Source: an uncultured Pseudomonadales bacterium (GTDB lineage Bacteria; Patescibacteriota; Microgenomatia; UBA1400; PJMF01). Taken from it: DNA of 64,000 nucleotides. Location of the stretch: NCBI GenBank assembly GCA_964457085.1, contig CAYWDM010000004.1, positions 8,131-72,130 of the forward strand, given 5' to 3'. The position numbers were made by a program, and so were the translations under genes. This document shows, in pieces, positions 20,187 to 30,226 of the stretch; positions within the stretch are counted from its first letter, which is position 1, and the number at the start of each line of letters is the position of its first letter. The notes under the pieces are model-generated. The model was given only the letters and a program-made list of their open reading frames with translations, was not told where the DNA came from and ran no database searches.

Positions 20187-21881
20187 ATGATTTCTGCCCT
20201 AAATTATCTATGGAAACAACTCACTGATCACATTGGATTGTTTGTGATTCTTTTTGTGATGGTAATTTTACGATTACCAAACTTCTTAGAACCATATTGG
20301 TATGGCGATGAAGCAATTTACCTAACTCTCGGAAATGCTATTAACCAAGGTTCATTGTTATATACAGATATAGTTGATCATAAAACGCCACTTATTTATC
20401 AGCTTGCACGCGTTCCCGATCAGTATAGTTTCAGACTCTTGCTACTGGCATGGATGATCATTACTTTGGCACTTTTTTATTGTTTCAGTCGCAGACTACT
20501 AGGGAAAAAATATCTCGCCATCATTTCAACTGGCTTCTTAATGGTATTCACCACCTTGCCACTTTTTGAGGGCAACATTCCCAATGGAGAACTGTTTGTC
20601 ATGGGGTTTGTGATGATGGGAGCCTTTATCTTGAGACACACACGTATTTTTTCTGTTGCAACCACAATTCAACCGCACGTGACTCACGGCAACCAAATTA
20701 CCTCAACTGAGCTACTCCAGAAATTAGGGAACATCGGCAAGGGTTTCGCACAAGAATCACTGCTACTGTTGATTACAGGAGCTTTTTTTGGACTCGCCAT
20801 TCTCACAAAAGTGCCTGCTCTACTTGATGTGGCTGCCTTCATGGCAATTTTTTGGTTTATATTTGCAAATACTCTCCTAAACGTAAATAAACAAACGGTC
20901 TTCAAAATTTTGCCGATTTTAATTACACGATTGGCTATGCTGCTCGTCGGTATCGGAATTCCAATCATTGCATCAATGGTTTATTACAAGATGCTTGGCT
21001 CTGGAAATGATTATCTTAATTTCGGTTTGCTCTATAATTTCCACTATACCGGTACCTGGAAACTACAGTTTAATAACCCAACATTAACTTGGTTGTTCAC
21101 CTTTGGTGCAAAAACGTTACTGCTGTTTGCTGGGCTGGTGTTAACTACACTACTGGGCAAGAAAATACCTTTCAAACTACAGTTCGCCTTCAGCTGGTTC
21201 TTACTCGCCATTTTTGCAACATTGCTTTCCAATCGCCCATATCCTCATTATTTCATTCAAATTTTCCCAGCTCTAGGATTGCTACTGGCATTGATGGTGG
21301 AGTCAATTGAAGTAATAGCCTCATGGCTGAATAAACACTCAAAGTTAAATCGACTTGCCGTGCGACTGACACTTCCTCAAATCATTCTCTCTCTGTTTGC
21401 AGTCATGTTGAGTATCTCGATTATGTATGCGTTACATGTTGGACTCTATCCTGTTGCAAAATACTACGCAAATTCTTGGCTGTACAGTCAAAACCAAATG
21501 AGCGAGAAAGCCTATTTCTCATCTTTTGATGGCTTAGTAAATGAAAACTACGAAGTTGCTGAAGTAATCACACAAATGCAACTCAAAGATTTGTTTATTT
21601 GGGGCACCAATCCAATGATTTATGCCCAAACAAAAACAGTCCCAACTTCTCGATTCACCGTCGCTTTTCACATCAAAGATGTAAATAATTTTGAGCAAAC
21701 ATTGCAAAAAATTAAACTTGAAAAACCTAGAATGATTATTGTGATGCGTGGTGAAGAAAATAGTTTTCCAGAACTTAACCGATACCTGACTCGAAATTAT
21801 CTGGTAAACTACCAATACCGCAGCATGACAGTGTATATCAGGAGACTAGAAGCAAGCACGCTGCAAGCTGTAAAGCGTTAG
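20187..21881 (+). CDS. ArnT/PMT-like (GT-C fold) membrane glycosyltransferase
   Basis: YGDEAIY...DHKTP first-loop motif, many TM helices, YPHYF. Confidence 0.75.
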   Translation: MISALNYLWKQLTDHIGLFVILFVMVILRLPNFLEPYWYGDEAIYLTLGNAINQGSLLYTDIVDHKTPLIYQLARVPDQYSFRLLLLAWMIITLALFYCFSRRLLGKKYLAIISTGFLMVFTTLPLFEGNIPNGELFVMGFVMMGAFILRHTRIFSVATTIQPHVTHGNQITSTELLQKLGNIGKGFAQESLLLLITGAFFGLAILTKVPALLDVAAFMAIFWFIFANTLLNVNKQTVFKILPILITRLAMLLVGIGIPIIASMVYYKMLGSGNDYLNFGLLYNFHYTGTWKLQFNNPTLTWLFTFGAKTLLLFAGLVLTTLLGKKIPFKLQFAFSWFLLAIFATLLSNRPYPHYFIQIFPALGLLLALMVESIEVIASWLNKHSKLNRLAVRLTLPQIILSLFAVMLSISIMYALHVGLYPVAKYYANSWLYSQNQMSEKAYFSSFDGLVNENYEVAEVITQMQLKDLFIWGTNPMIYAQTKTVPTSRFTVAFHIKDVNNFEQTLQKIKLEKPRMIIVMRGEENSFPELNRYLTRNYLVNYQYRSMTVYIRRLEASTLQAVKR

Positions 21882-21882
21882 C

Positions 21883-22254
21883 ATGTCCATCAACTCGAAA
21901 GATCCTCAATTTAGAATCGATGCACATTTACCAAAGCAAACCAGAATTCCCTATAAAATCTCGGTTGGAATTGGCTTGTGGTTAACGGTTTTGGCTGGGG
22001 TTTTTTATTTCAAGCTGCAACCTGAGATTCCCTTGTTTTATTCTTTGTCCCAACCAGCTCAGCAATTAGCTGCTAAACAGTGGATATTTTTACTTCCAAT
22101 TCTTTCAATACTCGTCACTTTCACAAATTTTTCACTAGTAAAAAAGAATGCTGATCTTGAATCAGTCTTAATTACTGTGATCTCATGGGTGACAGTCACT
22201 TGGCAAATCATCCTCAGCCTTATCTTTATAAGAATAATTTTAATTACTTGGTAA
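21883..22254 (+). CDS. Small membrane protein (DUF1648-like)
   Basis: TM-LQPEIPLFYS-TM-TM pattern. Confidence 0.6.
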   Translation: MSINSKDPQFRIDAHLPKQTRIPYKISVGIGLWLTVLAGVFYFKLQPEIPLFYSLSQPAQQLAAKQWIFLLPILSILVTFTNFSLVKKNADLESVLITVISWVTVTWQIILSLIFIRIILITW

Positions 22255-22262
22255 CTGCAAAT

Positions 22263-23348
22263 ATGTGGGGTTTTATTCTAGCTTTCTGTGTCGCAACACT
22301 CATTACCCCAGTGGTGATCAAGTGGTACCTGCGAAATAATTGGATAGATGATCCAGAGGTAAAAAAACACGTCAAACAAACACACACTAAACCAGTCCCT
22401 AGAGGAGGTGGATTAGTAGTCTACTGTGCTATTGCCTGCATTTCACTGCTGTTACTGCCAATCGATAAATATTTAATCGCAATTTTGGCTGGTGGCTTTA
22501 TTTTATCGCTGGTTGGTTGGCTTGATGATGTTTATGACATCAGTCCATACATACGAATTGGCACAGGCTTGCTTGCTAGTTTAATCGTGGTTGGCAGTGG
22601 TATTGGAATCGCGTACGTGAGCAACCCATTTGGACCTGGAGTACTGAGATTTGATCAACCACAAATTGTTTTCTGGCTATTCAACTCAGACCATCATATT
22701 TGGGTGCTGTCCAGCTTGTTTGCGATCTTCTTCATCAACTGGAACATGAACATTGTTAACTGGTCAAAAGGTGTAGACGGACAACTGCCTGGTTTCGTGA
22801 GTATGGCCGCTGTTTTTATCGGTTTATTAGGCCTTAGCTTTCATGACAGCCCAACTCAATTCACGGCCACCAACCTCGCATTTATAGTTTCTGGAGCTTT
22901 TCTTGGTCTCTTAATCTGGAACTGGTATCCACAAAAAATTATGCCCGGATATGGTGCAGGATCGCTAGCTGGGTATTTGTTAAGTGTGCTTGCAATCCTC
23001 TCGGGAGCTAAAGTGGCAACCATATTGATGGTTTTAGCAATTCCTACTGCTGACGGCATCTTTACCATTACGCGAAGACTGTTGGCAAAAAAATCACCTT
23101 TTTGGGGCGATCGAGGACATTTGCATCACAAATTAATGGATGTTTTTGGATGGGGACGAAGAAGAATCGCTTTTTTCTATTGGCTGACAACAGCTTGTAT
23201 GGGAGTGCTGTCGCTCTATTTAGATACTGTTGGGAAAATAATCGCAATTACGCTCAGCATGCTATTTATTTTTTCGTTGTTAATCAGTATCAAGATATAT
23301 CAAAAATCCCACTTGCACCGACGGCTCTTTTCTTCTACAAGGAAATAA
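22263..23348 (+). CDS. MraY/WecA family polyprenyl-phosphate sugar-1-phosphate transferase
   Basis: PVPRGGG, GWLDD, GVDG, WNWYPQKIMPG, GDRGHLHHKL. Start at 22263 avoids the overlap. Confidence 0.85.
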   Translation: MWGFILAFCVATLITPVVIKWYLRNNWIDDPEVKKHVKQTHTKPVPRGGGLVVYCAIACISLLLLPIDKYLIAILAGGFILSLVGWLDDVYDISPYIRIGTGLLASLIVVGSGIGIAYVSNPFGPGVLRFDQPQIVFWLFNSDHHIWVLSSLFAIFFINWNMNIVNWSKGVDGQLPGFVSMAAVFIGLLGLSFHDSPTQFTATNLAFIVSGAFLGLLIWNWYPQKIMPGYGAGSLAGYLLSVLAILSGAKVATILMVLAIPTADGIFTITRRLLAKKSPFWGDRGHLHHKLMDVFGWGRRRIAFFYWLTTACMGVLSLYLDTVGKIIAITLSMLFIFSLLISIKIYQKSHLHRRLFSSTRK

Positions 23349-23349
23349 C

Positions 23350-24309
23350 ATGTACTCTACTTCATTGTGGTACTTATTACTCAAAACCATTCGACCAAGA
23401 CAATGGATTAAAAACTTGGCACTATATGCTGAGCTGGTTTTCTCAGGATTCTTCTTTTACACTCCAGTTGACGCACCCTCATATTTCGTCACTGTTTCTA
23501 TTGCCTTTATAGTTTTCTGTTTTCTGGCCTCAAGTGTCTACATTATTAATGATATTGTTGATATTGAAGCTGACCAGCACCACCCTTTCAAGAAAAAACG
23601 TCCAATTGCTTCTGGTGAACTACCAGTACCAGTTGCAGTCTTTTTCGCAGTCATAGGATTGGCAATTGCCTTTCTGCTTTCATTGTCGCTTTCAGGATTT
23701 TTTAGATTACTGATGTTGGCATACTTGTTACTACAAGTGCTGTATGCCAAGAAAACAAAAAATGTTGCCATCTTAGATGTCATTTCGATCGCAACTGGTT
23801 TTCTAATTCGAGTCTACGCTGGAGCCGTCGTGGTCAATCTACACATGAATGTTTGGTTTTTACTCACTGTTGTTTCAGCTTCGCTGTTCCTTGCTGTCGG
23901 AAAACGCCAAAGTGAACGCACATTACTTGGTGAAGCAAATATCGGTGGTACTAGAAAAACATTACTCAAATATAGCCAACGACTACTTGATCAATATACG
24001 GGTATGTTCGCTAACGCTACCTGGTTAAGTTATGCAATTTTTGCATTTCAAAACAACATTGTGTACGCAATGCCAGCCAATCAACGGTTCCCAGAACTGT
24101 ACACCCTGCTTCCAAGGACTTTGCAGTCTGAAAAACTCTTAATGTTAACCCTGCCATTCGTGATTTTTGGTGTGATGCGATATTTGCAGCTGGTATATGA
24201 AGAAAATCGTGGCGAATCTCCTGAGCTGGTTCTGCTCAAAGATAAAACACTACTCACCACGGTCTTTATTTTCTGTGCATTAGTGATGATAGTTATTTAT
24301 CTCAACTAA
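23350..24309 (+). CDS. UbiA-family decaprenyl-phosphate phosphoribosyltransferase-like protein
   Basis: RPRQWIKN, YIINDIVDIEADQHHPFKKKRPIASG, GFLIRVYAG, LFLAVGKR. Confidence 0.85.
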   Translation: MYSTSLWYLLLKTIRPRQWIKNLALYAELVFSGFFFYTPVDAPSYFVTVSIAFIVFCFLASSVYIINDIVDIEADQHHPFKKKRPIASGELPVPVAVFFAVIGLAIAFLLSLSLSGFFRLLMLAYLLLQVLYAKKTKNVAILDVISIATGFLIRVYAGAVVVNLHMNVWFLLTVVSASLFLAVGKRQSERTLLGEANIGGTRKTLLKYSQRLLDQYTGMFANATWLSYAIFAFQNNIVYAMPANQRFPELYTLLPRTLQSEKLLMLTLPFVIFGVMRYLQLVYEENRGESPELVLLKDKTLLTTVFIFCALVMIVIYLN

Positions 24310-24317
24310 AACCACAA

Positions 24318-26018
24318 CTACTCAGTTACGCCAGCACACTCAACTGTTGGTGTCGACCATTTTCCGTACAAAGTTGACTCATCAGTTACTGTCGTTCGGG
24401 TAACTAAATCAATGACTCTCGATCCAGAAAGATCAAGGTCAATTGGTAATTTTGGATTTTTAACCGAAACAACTCCACTTGAAACTAACACATCGTCTAA
24501 ATACACCTCAACTTCAATGGAAACCAGAGTATTCACAGTTATTTTTTCAACTTTTGAAAACTCAAAGGTGCTGATGAATCTTTGACAAAGATTGTTGAGA
24601 TTGTATCGGATACTAGAATCATTTTTTACGGTGAGACTGATGCCCTGGGAAAATAGAGAACTAGAATCATCAATACCATACAGATCATGTGCGACTTGTT
24701 TTGTAAGATTGCCCGATCTAACTTGGTCTGGTAGCTGAGGGAAACTCACTTCTGTGTTAATAGATTTATCAACACCATGGTAAATCAGCAGCCTCGAGTC
24801 GTGTGGTGGTATCACCATTTTTGCGGAACCCAATTGAACTCGGCTCTGTGATTTTGGCCATACATCCGTAACTAAGGTAACTGGTAATAATTGCAATTGA
24901 GTCGGCGACAACTCTACAGAGTTAGTTTTTTCTCCAGTATTTACCACCAATACTGCCCTGCTACCACGACGGTGCAACGGCTTACTTATAACCAGTATCG
25001 ATCCATTCTCAAGCAGTACTGAGCCTTGCATGCCCAATTTATCCTGATTAATTGATATTGCCTCTTTGTTTGTCAGCAGCTCAACAATTTCTGGGGATTG
25101 GTTACGAATATCGGAACCAATTATTAAGGGTGATGACATCATTGCCCACAGACCAAAATGTGTTCGGTATTCCTTAAATGTCATACCACCATTTCCAACC
25201 TGCAACATATCTGCATCATTCCAACCTCCAACTCGCTGATATGGCTCATATCTTTGATTGATCTTAAAAACCCTAAGCATGTCGGTCCAATCGTCTTGAA
25301 TGTCCACTGCTGTTCTCCAAGAATCACCGACACCACTTCCCCACAGCCAACTTTGCCCATCCAAAGCACTGTTAATATTTGCCACTGCAACACTCAAAAT
25401 CATTGGGTTTCCAGATTTATCAATTAATTTTCGCCAACGTCGATAGGCTGTGGCTGTCTGAAGCCATTCGACACCGCACCAATCTAATTTAAGATAATCG
25501 GCACCCCAATTTATATATTGCTCTAGATCTTGTGCTTCATATCCATAGCTTCCCGGTTTTTTTTCGCACGTCTCTCGACCGGCACTAGTATAAATGCCAA
25601 ATTTTAGTCCCTTGCTGTGCACATACTCTGAGATGGCTTTAATCCCATTTGGGAAACGAGCCGAATCAACTTGAATAACCCCGTTCTTATCTCGACCAAT
25701 CTGCCAACAATCATCAAGCATCACATACTGATATCCTGCCTGTTGATATCCTTTAGAAACCAGTGCATCAACCATCTCCTTTATAGTACTTTCATTCAGT
25801 GTGGGACTGCATCCAAAATGATTCCAACCATTCCAGCCCATTGGTGGAGTTGCAATTCGAACAGTTTTTGCTTGCTTGGGAATTGGGTAGACTAACTGCG
25901 AATAACGCCAAAAAACTATTCCGCCAATTCCGCCAAATACTGTTACAACCAACAACACCCCAATCAAAAATGGTTTTACATAGTCACTCAAAAAAAATGC
26001 AGTTTTTGACACTACCAC
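24318..26018 (-). CDS. Membrane-anchored GH27 alpha-galactosidase with C-terminal NPCBM-like domain
   Basis: TPPMGWNGWN, LDDCW, HSKGLKFGIY, YLKLDWC, WNDADMLQVGN. Confidence 0.88.
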   Translation of the reverse strand: MVVSKTAFFLSDYVKPFLIGVLLVVTVFGGIGGIVFWRYSQLVYPIPKQAKTVRIATPPMGWNGWNHFGCSPTLNESTIKEMVDALVSKGYQQAGYQYVMLDDCWQIGRDKNGVIQVDSARFPNGIKAISEYVHSKGLKFGIYTSAGRETCEKKPGSYGYEAQDLEQYINWGADYLKLDWCGVEWLQTATAYRRWRKLIDKSGNPMILSVAVANINSALDGQSWLWGSGVGDSWRTAVDIQDDWTDMLRVFKINQRYEPYQRVGGWNDADMLQVGNGGMTFKEYRTHFGLWAMMSSPLIIGSDIRNQSPEIVELLTNKEAISINQDKLGMQGSVLLENGSILVISKPLHRRGSRAVLVVNTGEKTNSVELSPTQLQLLPVTLVTDVWPKSQSRVQLGSAKMVIPPHDSRLLIYHGVDKSINTEVSFPQLPDQVRSGNLTKQVAHDLYGIDDSSSLFSQGISLTVKNDSSIRYNLNNLCQRFISTFEFSKVEKITVNTLVSIEVEVYLDDVLVSSGVVSVKNPKLPIDLDLSGSRVIDLVTRTTVTDESTLYGKWSTPTVECAGVTE

Positions 26019-26590
26019 AATCCTGATTCAACTAACCAAGGAACTACTACTTCAATTGGCAAACCATGAGAAAATGCGGTCAATGAGCCATTCACACGGC
26101 TAACTAATGCTGCCCCAGCCGCATAAGCAGGTGAAAATGCAGCGGACCAGGTCAATACTGGTTGAGTGTCAACATATGCAGTGATCTCAGATAACGAAAG
26201 TGCTCTCATTTCAACTTCAACAGTTACTACTCTTGATTTCAACGGCTGATTTGGTGACCAGAAAGCAACCCCAGTAAGCACACTAATTTTGGTATCAGAA
26301 ATGAGTTGCAGCATTTCAGCTGCTTCTTGAATCGTCTCAGGCTTTTCAAGTAGTTTAGAGCCCTGATACACGATTGTATCTGCAGCTAACACAAACCGAT
26401 TTTGCAATCTAACACCAACTTCTGTGGCTTTTTTCTCTGCCAAAAAAAGTGTCCGTTCTATTTCAGGTGGTTGCACCAAATTCTTTTCATCTAGTGTTGA
26501 GGGGATTACTTCAAATGCAACACCTAGACCTTCTAGTAGTAGCTTTCTTTGATGTGAATTTGACGCTAAAACAAGCGATGATTTTGTCAT
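26012..26590 (-). CDS. maf: Maf family nucleotide pyrophosphatase
   Basis: LASNSHQR, ADTIV, EKP, GLP. Likely start MTKSS at 26590. Confidence 0.85.
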   Translation of the reverse strand: MTKSSLVLASNSHQRKLLLEGLGVAFEVIPSTLDEKNLVQPPEIERTLFLAEKKATEVGVRLQNRFVLAADTIVYQGSKLLEKPETIQEAAEMLQLISDTKISVLTGVAFWSPNQPLKSRVVTVEVEMRALSLSEITAYVDTQPVLTWSAAFSPAYAAGAALVSRVNGSLTAFSHGLPIEVVVPWLVESGLW

Positions 26591-26667
26591 AGACGGTATG
26601 AATATAAGCAGAGTACACCACTCTACTCGACAGTACAAGTCAAACAGCATACAATTCCCAGTATTAT

Positions 26668-27555
26668 ATGAAAATTCGCAAAGCAATTATCACTACCGCA
26701 GGTTTTGGCACTCGATTTTTACCAATCAGTAAAACCATCCAAAAAGAAATGCTGCCGATTCTTAATCGACCGTTAGTTGATTACGTTGTTTCAGATTGTG
26801 TAGCAGCTGGAATCGAAGAAATAATTTTTATCATCAACGAACATAACGATCAAATTTTACACTTCTACCGTGAGAATCGCCGTTTATACGAATACCTCAA
26901 ACGAATGAATAAGTTGTCAACCTATGACCAAGTTGAACACTTACACAGTCAAGCAAAGTTTACATTTGTCAGACAACTAGACAATGATCCATATGGAACA
27001 GCAACCCCATTAAAGTTGGCAAAAGACCATGTGATTGCTGAAGAAGCATTTTTAGTCCTTATGGGCGACGATTTTATTTACAATCCAGATGGCAACTCAC
27101 CAATCACTGACATGATCGAGACATTTAATCAATCTCCAGTCGATGGACTCATAACGTGTATCGAAAAGCCCTTGGATATGTTGCATAAGTATGGCGTGGC
27201 AGAACTACAACAAACAGCCACGGGGAAAAAGTTAGTCAACCTAATTGAAAAGCCAGCTCCTGGAACTGCCCCTTCAAACCTGGCAAATATCAGTAAATAT
27301 ATTTTTACACCTAAAATTTTTGAGATCCTAGAAACACAGCAGCCACATCCAGTACTGGGAGAGCTATTAATCACAGACTCTGTTTTATCACTCGCAAAAA
27401 TGGCATCGGTAGTCGTCCATCTTCCCAAAGGTGAATATCTTGATGGGGGATATGTCGGAGGTTGGCTGCGAGCAAATCTCACAGTTGCACTGAAGCATCC
27501 AGAACTACTCGCTGAAATTAAAGATTTTGTGGCCACCAAACTAACAAATAGCTAA
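26668..27555 (+). CDS. galU: UTP--glucose-1-phosphate uridylyltransferase
   Basis: KAIITTAGFGTRFLPISKTIQKEMLP, IEKP, GELLITD. Confidence 0.88.
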   Translation: MKIRKAIITTAGFGTRFLPISKTIQKEMLPILNRPLVDYVVSDCVAAGIEEIIFIINEHNDQILHFYRENRRLYEYLKRMNKLSTYDQVEHLHSQAKFTFVRQLDNDPYGTATPLKLAKDHVIAEEAFLVLMGDDFIYNPDGNSPITDMIETFNQSPVDGLITCIEKPLDMLHKYGVAELQQTATGKKLVNLIEKPAPGTAPSNLANISKYIFTPKIFEILETQQPHPVLGELLITDSVLSLAKMASVVVHLPKGEYLDGGYVGGWLRANLTVALKHPELLAEIKDFVATKLTNS

Positions 27556-28769
27556 ACACCCAGATTTCGCTTCACAGTTGTCCCTGGCTCTACCAAAGTG
27601 TGGTCTGAAATTATCACGTTTGGAGTAGTTCCAACTTGAATTCCAATTTTACAATCCTCACCGATTAAGACACCCAAATACGTTCGACCGGTTTTTATTT
27701 TTTTACCTTGCTGATGTGAAATAATCTCACCTCGATCAAATCGACGATTGGCAGTTACAAACCCTGCTCCAATGGTGGTTCTCTGGCCAATAATGCTGTC
27801 ACCAATAAATCCACTATGAACATGTGCATTTGCCATAATAATGCTATTTGCCACATCAGCATGTCGTTGCACCTGTACCCCTGCCTCGAGCACGCTGCCC
27901 TTACGAACCACACAGTACTGTCCCACTACTGCATTAGCACCAATGTAAGCAGGTCCATCGATAATTGCAAAGTCGCCTATGACCGCTCCTGGACCGATAA
28001 AAACTTCACCACGAATGATTGCTGTTGGTGCAATAATCGCACTTGGATGAATCTCAAACGACAGTTTCTGCCAAAGGTACTCTTTATAATCAAGCAGTTG
28101 CCAGGCATATTTGATCGTTGGTGGCTCTTCAGTGATCACCATCGTTTTCACTCTCCCCTGTTTTGCCCAATTTGTGAGTTGATTTTCTAAAAGCGTATCA
28201 CCTTGCTCAGACTGAGATAATTGCTCAGCAAATTCTCTGGTGAGACGATAAGCTCCAACCAATCGATGTCCATACTCAACCGAGTCATCTGGTTTTTCTG
28301 CAATTGAAAGGACTTGACCAGTTTGTGCGTCAAAAGTTACCAAACCATACAGCCAAGGCAACTCAGTTGGAATACACAACAAACCAATCTCACTTTCAAT
28401 TTTTTGCAGTTCTGGAAGCAATTGCTCAGCGATACAGTTCGTTGCATTTACTACAAAAAAACTTGACTGTAGTTCTGGTAGTGCAGCCACTATGGCACCA
28501 GCTTGCCCGTTACTTTCTTTTTGTTGAATAATCTGTATTCTTTCAAACTTGCCAAACCATTGTTGCCAATACTGCTCCTCAAACTTCATGCGGGGATTAA
28601 TTACCACCACTAACTCTGAAATGCCTGCCAAGTAGAGTGATTCAATTGTCCAAGACAATATGGGTTTCCCCATCAACTCCAACTGTTGTTTACCCTGCAA
28701 CTTATTAAACGGAGCCATGCGCCGAGAAATGCCTGCAGCCAACACGACCGCTTGAGTAGGAGTTGTCAT
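27552..28769 (-). CDS. Bifunctional sugar-1-phosphate nucleotidyltransferase/acetyltransferase (archaeal GlmU-like)
   Basis: LAAG N-terminal NTase domain, hexapeptide repeats, TANRRFD motif. Confidence 0.8.
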   Translation of the reverse strand: MTTPTQAVVLAAGISRRMAPFNKLQGKQQLELMGKPILSWTIESLYLAGISELVVVINPRMKFEEQYWQQWFGKFERIQIIQQKESNGQAGAIVAALPELQSSFFVVNATNCIAEQLLPELQKIESEIGLLCIPTELPWLYGLVTFDAQTGQVLSIAEKPDDSVEYGHRLVGAYRLTREFAEQLSQSEQGDTLLENQLTNWAKQGRVKTMVITEEPPTIKYAWQLLDYKEYLWQKLSFEIHPSAIIAPTAIIRGEVFIGPGAVIGDFAIIDGPAYIGANAVVGQYCVVRKGSVLEAGVQVQRHADVANSIIMANAHVHSGFIGDSIIGQRTTIGAGFVTANRRFDRGEIISHQQGKKIKTGRTYLGVLIGEDCKIGIQVGTTPNVIISDHTLVEPGTTVKRNLGV

Positions 28770-28792
28770 AAATCAAGTATAGCAGTGATAGC

Positions 28793-30127
28793 TCAAAATC
28801 CACCACGAAGCAGCATTGCGTCAACAACTCGCTTGACTGCTGACAAATAGGTTGCAGTCCTGCCATCAACTTTGTGAGTAGTCATTTGTAGCCACATGGC
28901 ATCAAATGATTGCTCCATTAATGGTTTTAGTTTTGCAATTACTTCTGCTTTTGGCCAATAGTAGCCCTGCAGATTTTGCACCCACTCAAAATATGAGGTT
29001 GTAACCCCACCTGCATTAGCCAAAATGTCTGGCACCAATAGTGTTCCTTGTTTTGCCAAGATTCCGTCAGCTTCTGGAGTTACGGGACCATTTGCCATTT
29101 CTAAAATCGCTTTGGCTTTAATTTTGCCTGCATTTACCGAAGTGATCACATTTTCTAAAGCAGCAGGTACTAAGATATCGACCGGTAATTCGAGTAGTTC
29201 AGCATTCGTAATTGCCTTGCCGTGTTTAACTGAACAGGATTCTTTAATACAGCTACAGTCACTAATCGAACCACCAGACTTTTTACAATTGAGTGTTTGC
29301 ACCGGATCCAAACCATCAGCAACATACACTCCACCCTTTGAGTCTGAGACAGCAACCACTTTATACCCGAGTTTGTCTGCATGGTAAGCAAACCAATACC
29401 CCACATTTCCAAAACCTTGGATTGCAATAGTGACCTCTTGCTTACGAGCAAAGCCCATTTTTTCAACCAATTTTTCTAGTACAAATACTCCAGCCAAACC
29501 TGTCGCTTCCTCTCGACCCTGTGAGCCACCTAGTTCCAGTGGTTTGCCGGTAAAGGTGGCTAATGGATTCTCCTGTGTCGCGCTGCGAGCCGCTGCATTT
29601 TTTTCGAGTTGTACTTTCTGGTACTCATCAACCATCCAAGCCATGATTTGACCAGTGGTGTTAACATCAGGTGCTGGAATATCAACCCAAGGGCCAATGT
29701 TGTCAGCAGCAAATCGAGCATAACTACGACTCAAACGCTCTAGTTCCGCATGACTCAATTTTCGAGGGTCAACGACCACACCACCTTTTGCACCACCATA
29801 CGGGATACCGGTAACACTACACTTCCAAGTCATCCAAGTGGAAAGAGCCATCACTTCTGATTTAGTTACATCCTGGTGGAAACGAATGCCACCTTTGTAG
29901 GGTCCCCTGGCATTATTATGCTGGGATCTAAAGGCATGAAATATTTGTTTTTTACCACCATCCATCACGATTGACAAATCTGTTTCCAAAACTCGATCGG
30001 GAGTCATCAGTTTTTCAATCGCTAAATCAAAAGTTTTTGGATTTTGATACTCAGTTCGCAAAATCTGGGCAACGGTTTTAAGTTGTTGCTGGGCATTTTT
30101 ATGTGGATCGTTTGTTGCTAATGACAT
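28793..30127 (-). CDS. gdhA: Glu/Leu/Phe/Val dehydrogenase (glutamate dehydrogenase)
   Basis: RGPYKGGIRFH, GGAKGG, DIPAPDV, QGFGNVG, PDILANAGGV. Confidence 0.92.
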   Translation of the reverse strand: MSLATNDPHKNAQQQLKTVAQILRTEYQNPKTFDLAIEKLMTPDRVLETDLSIVMDGGKKQIFHAFRSQHNNARGPYKGGIRFHQDVTKSEVMALSTWMTWKCSVTGIPYGGAKGGVVVDPRKLSHAELERLSRSYARFAADNIGPWVDIPAPDVNTTGQIMAWMVDEYQKVQLEKNAAARSATQENPLATFTGKPLELGGSQGREEATGLAGVFVLEKLVEKMGFARKQEVTIAIQGFGNVGYWFAYHADKLGYKVVAVSDSKGGVYVADGLDPVQTLNCKKSGGSISDCSCIKESCSVKHGKAITNAELLELPVDILVPAALENVITSVNAGKIKAKAILEMANGPVTPEADGILAKQGTLLVPDILANAGGVTTSYFEWVQNLQGYYWPKAEVIAKLKPLMEQSFDAMWLQMTTHKVDGRTATYLSAVKRVVDAMLLRGGF

Positions 30128-30226
30128 ATTTTTAACTCCTACGACAGACAGTCGCCTCTGTCACTATTTTGACTAAAAATAATTTCGATAGTAATCGTTA
30201 ATTCGTGTGAGCTGATACACCGCTGA

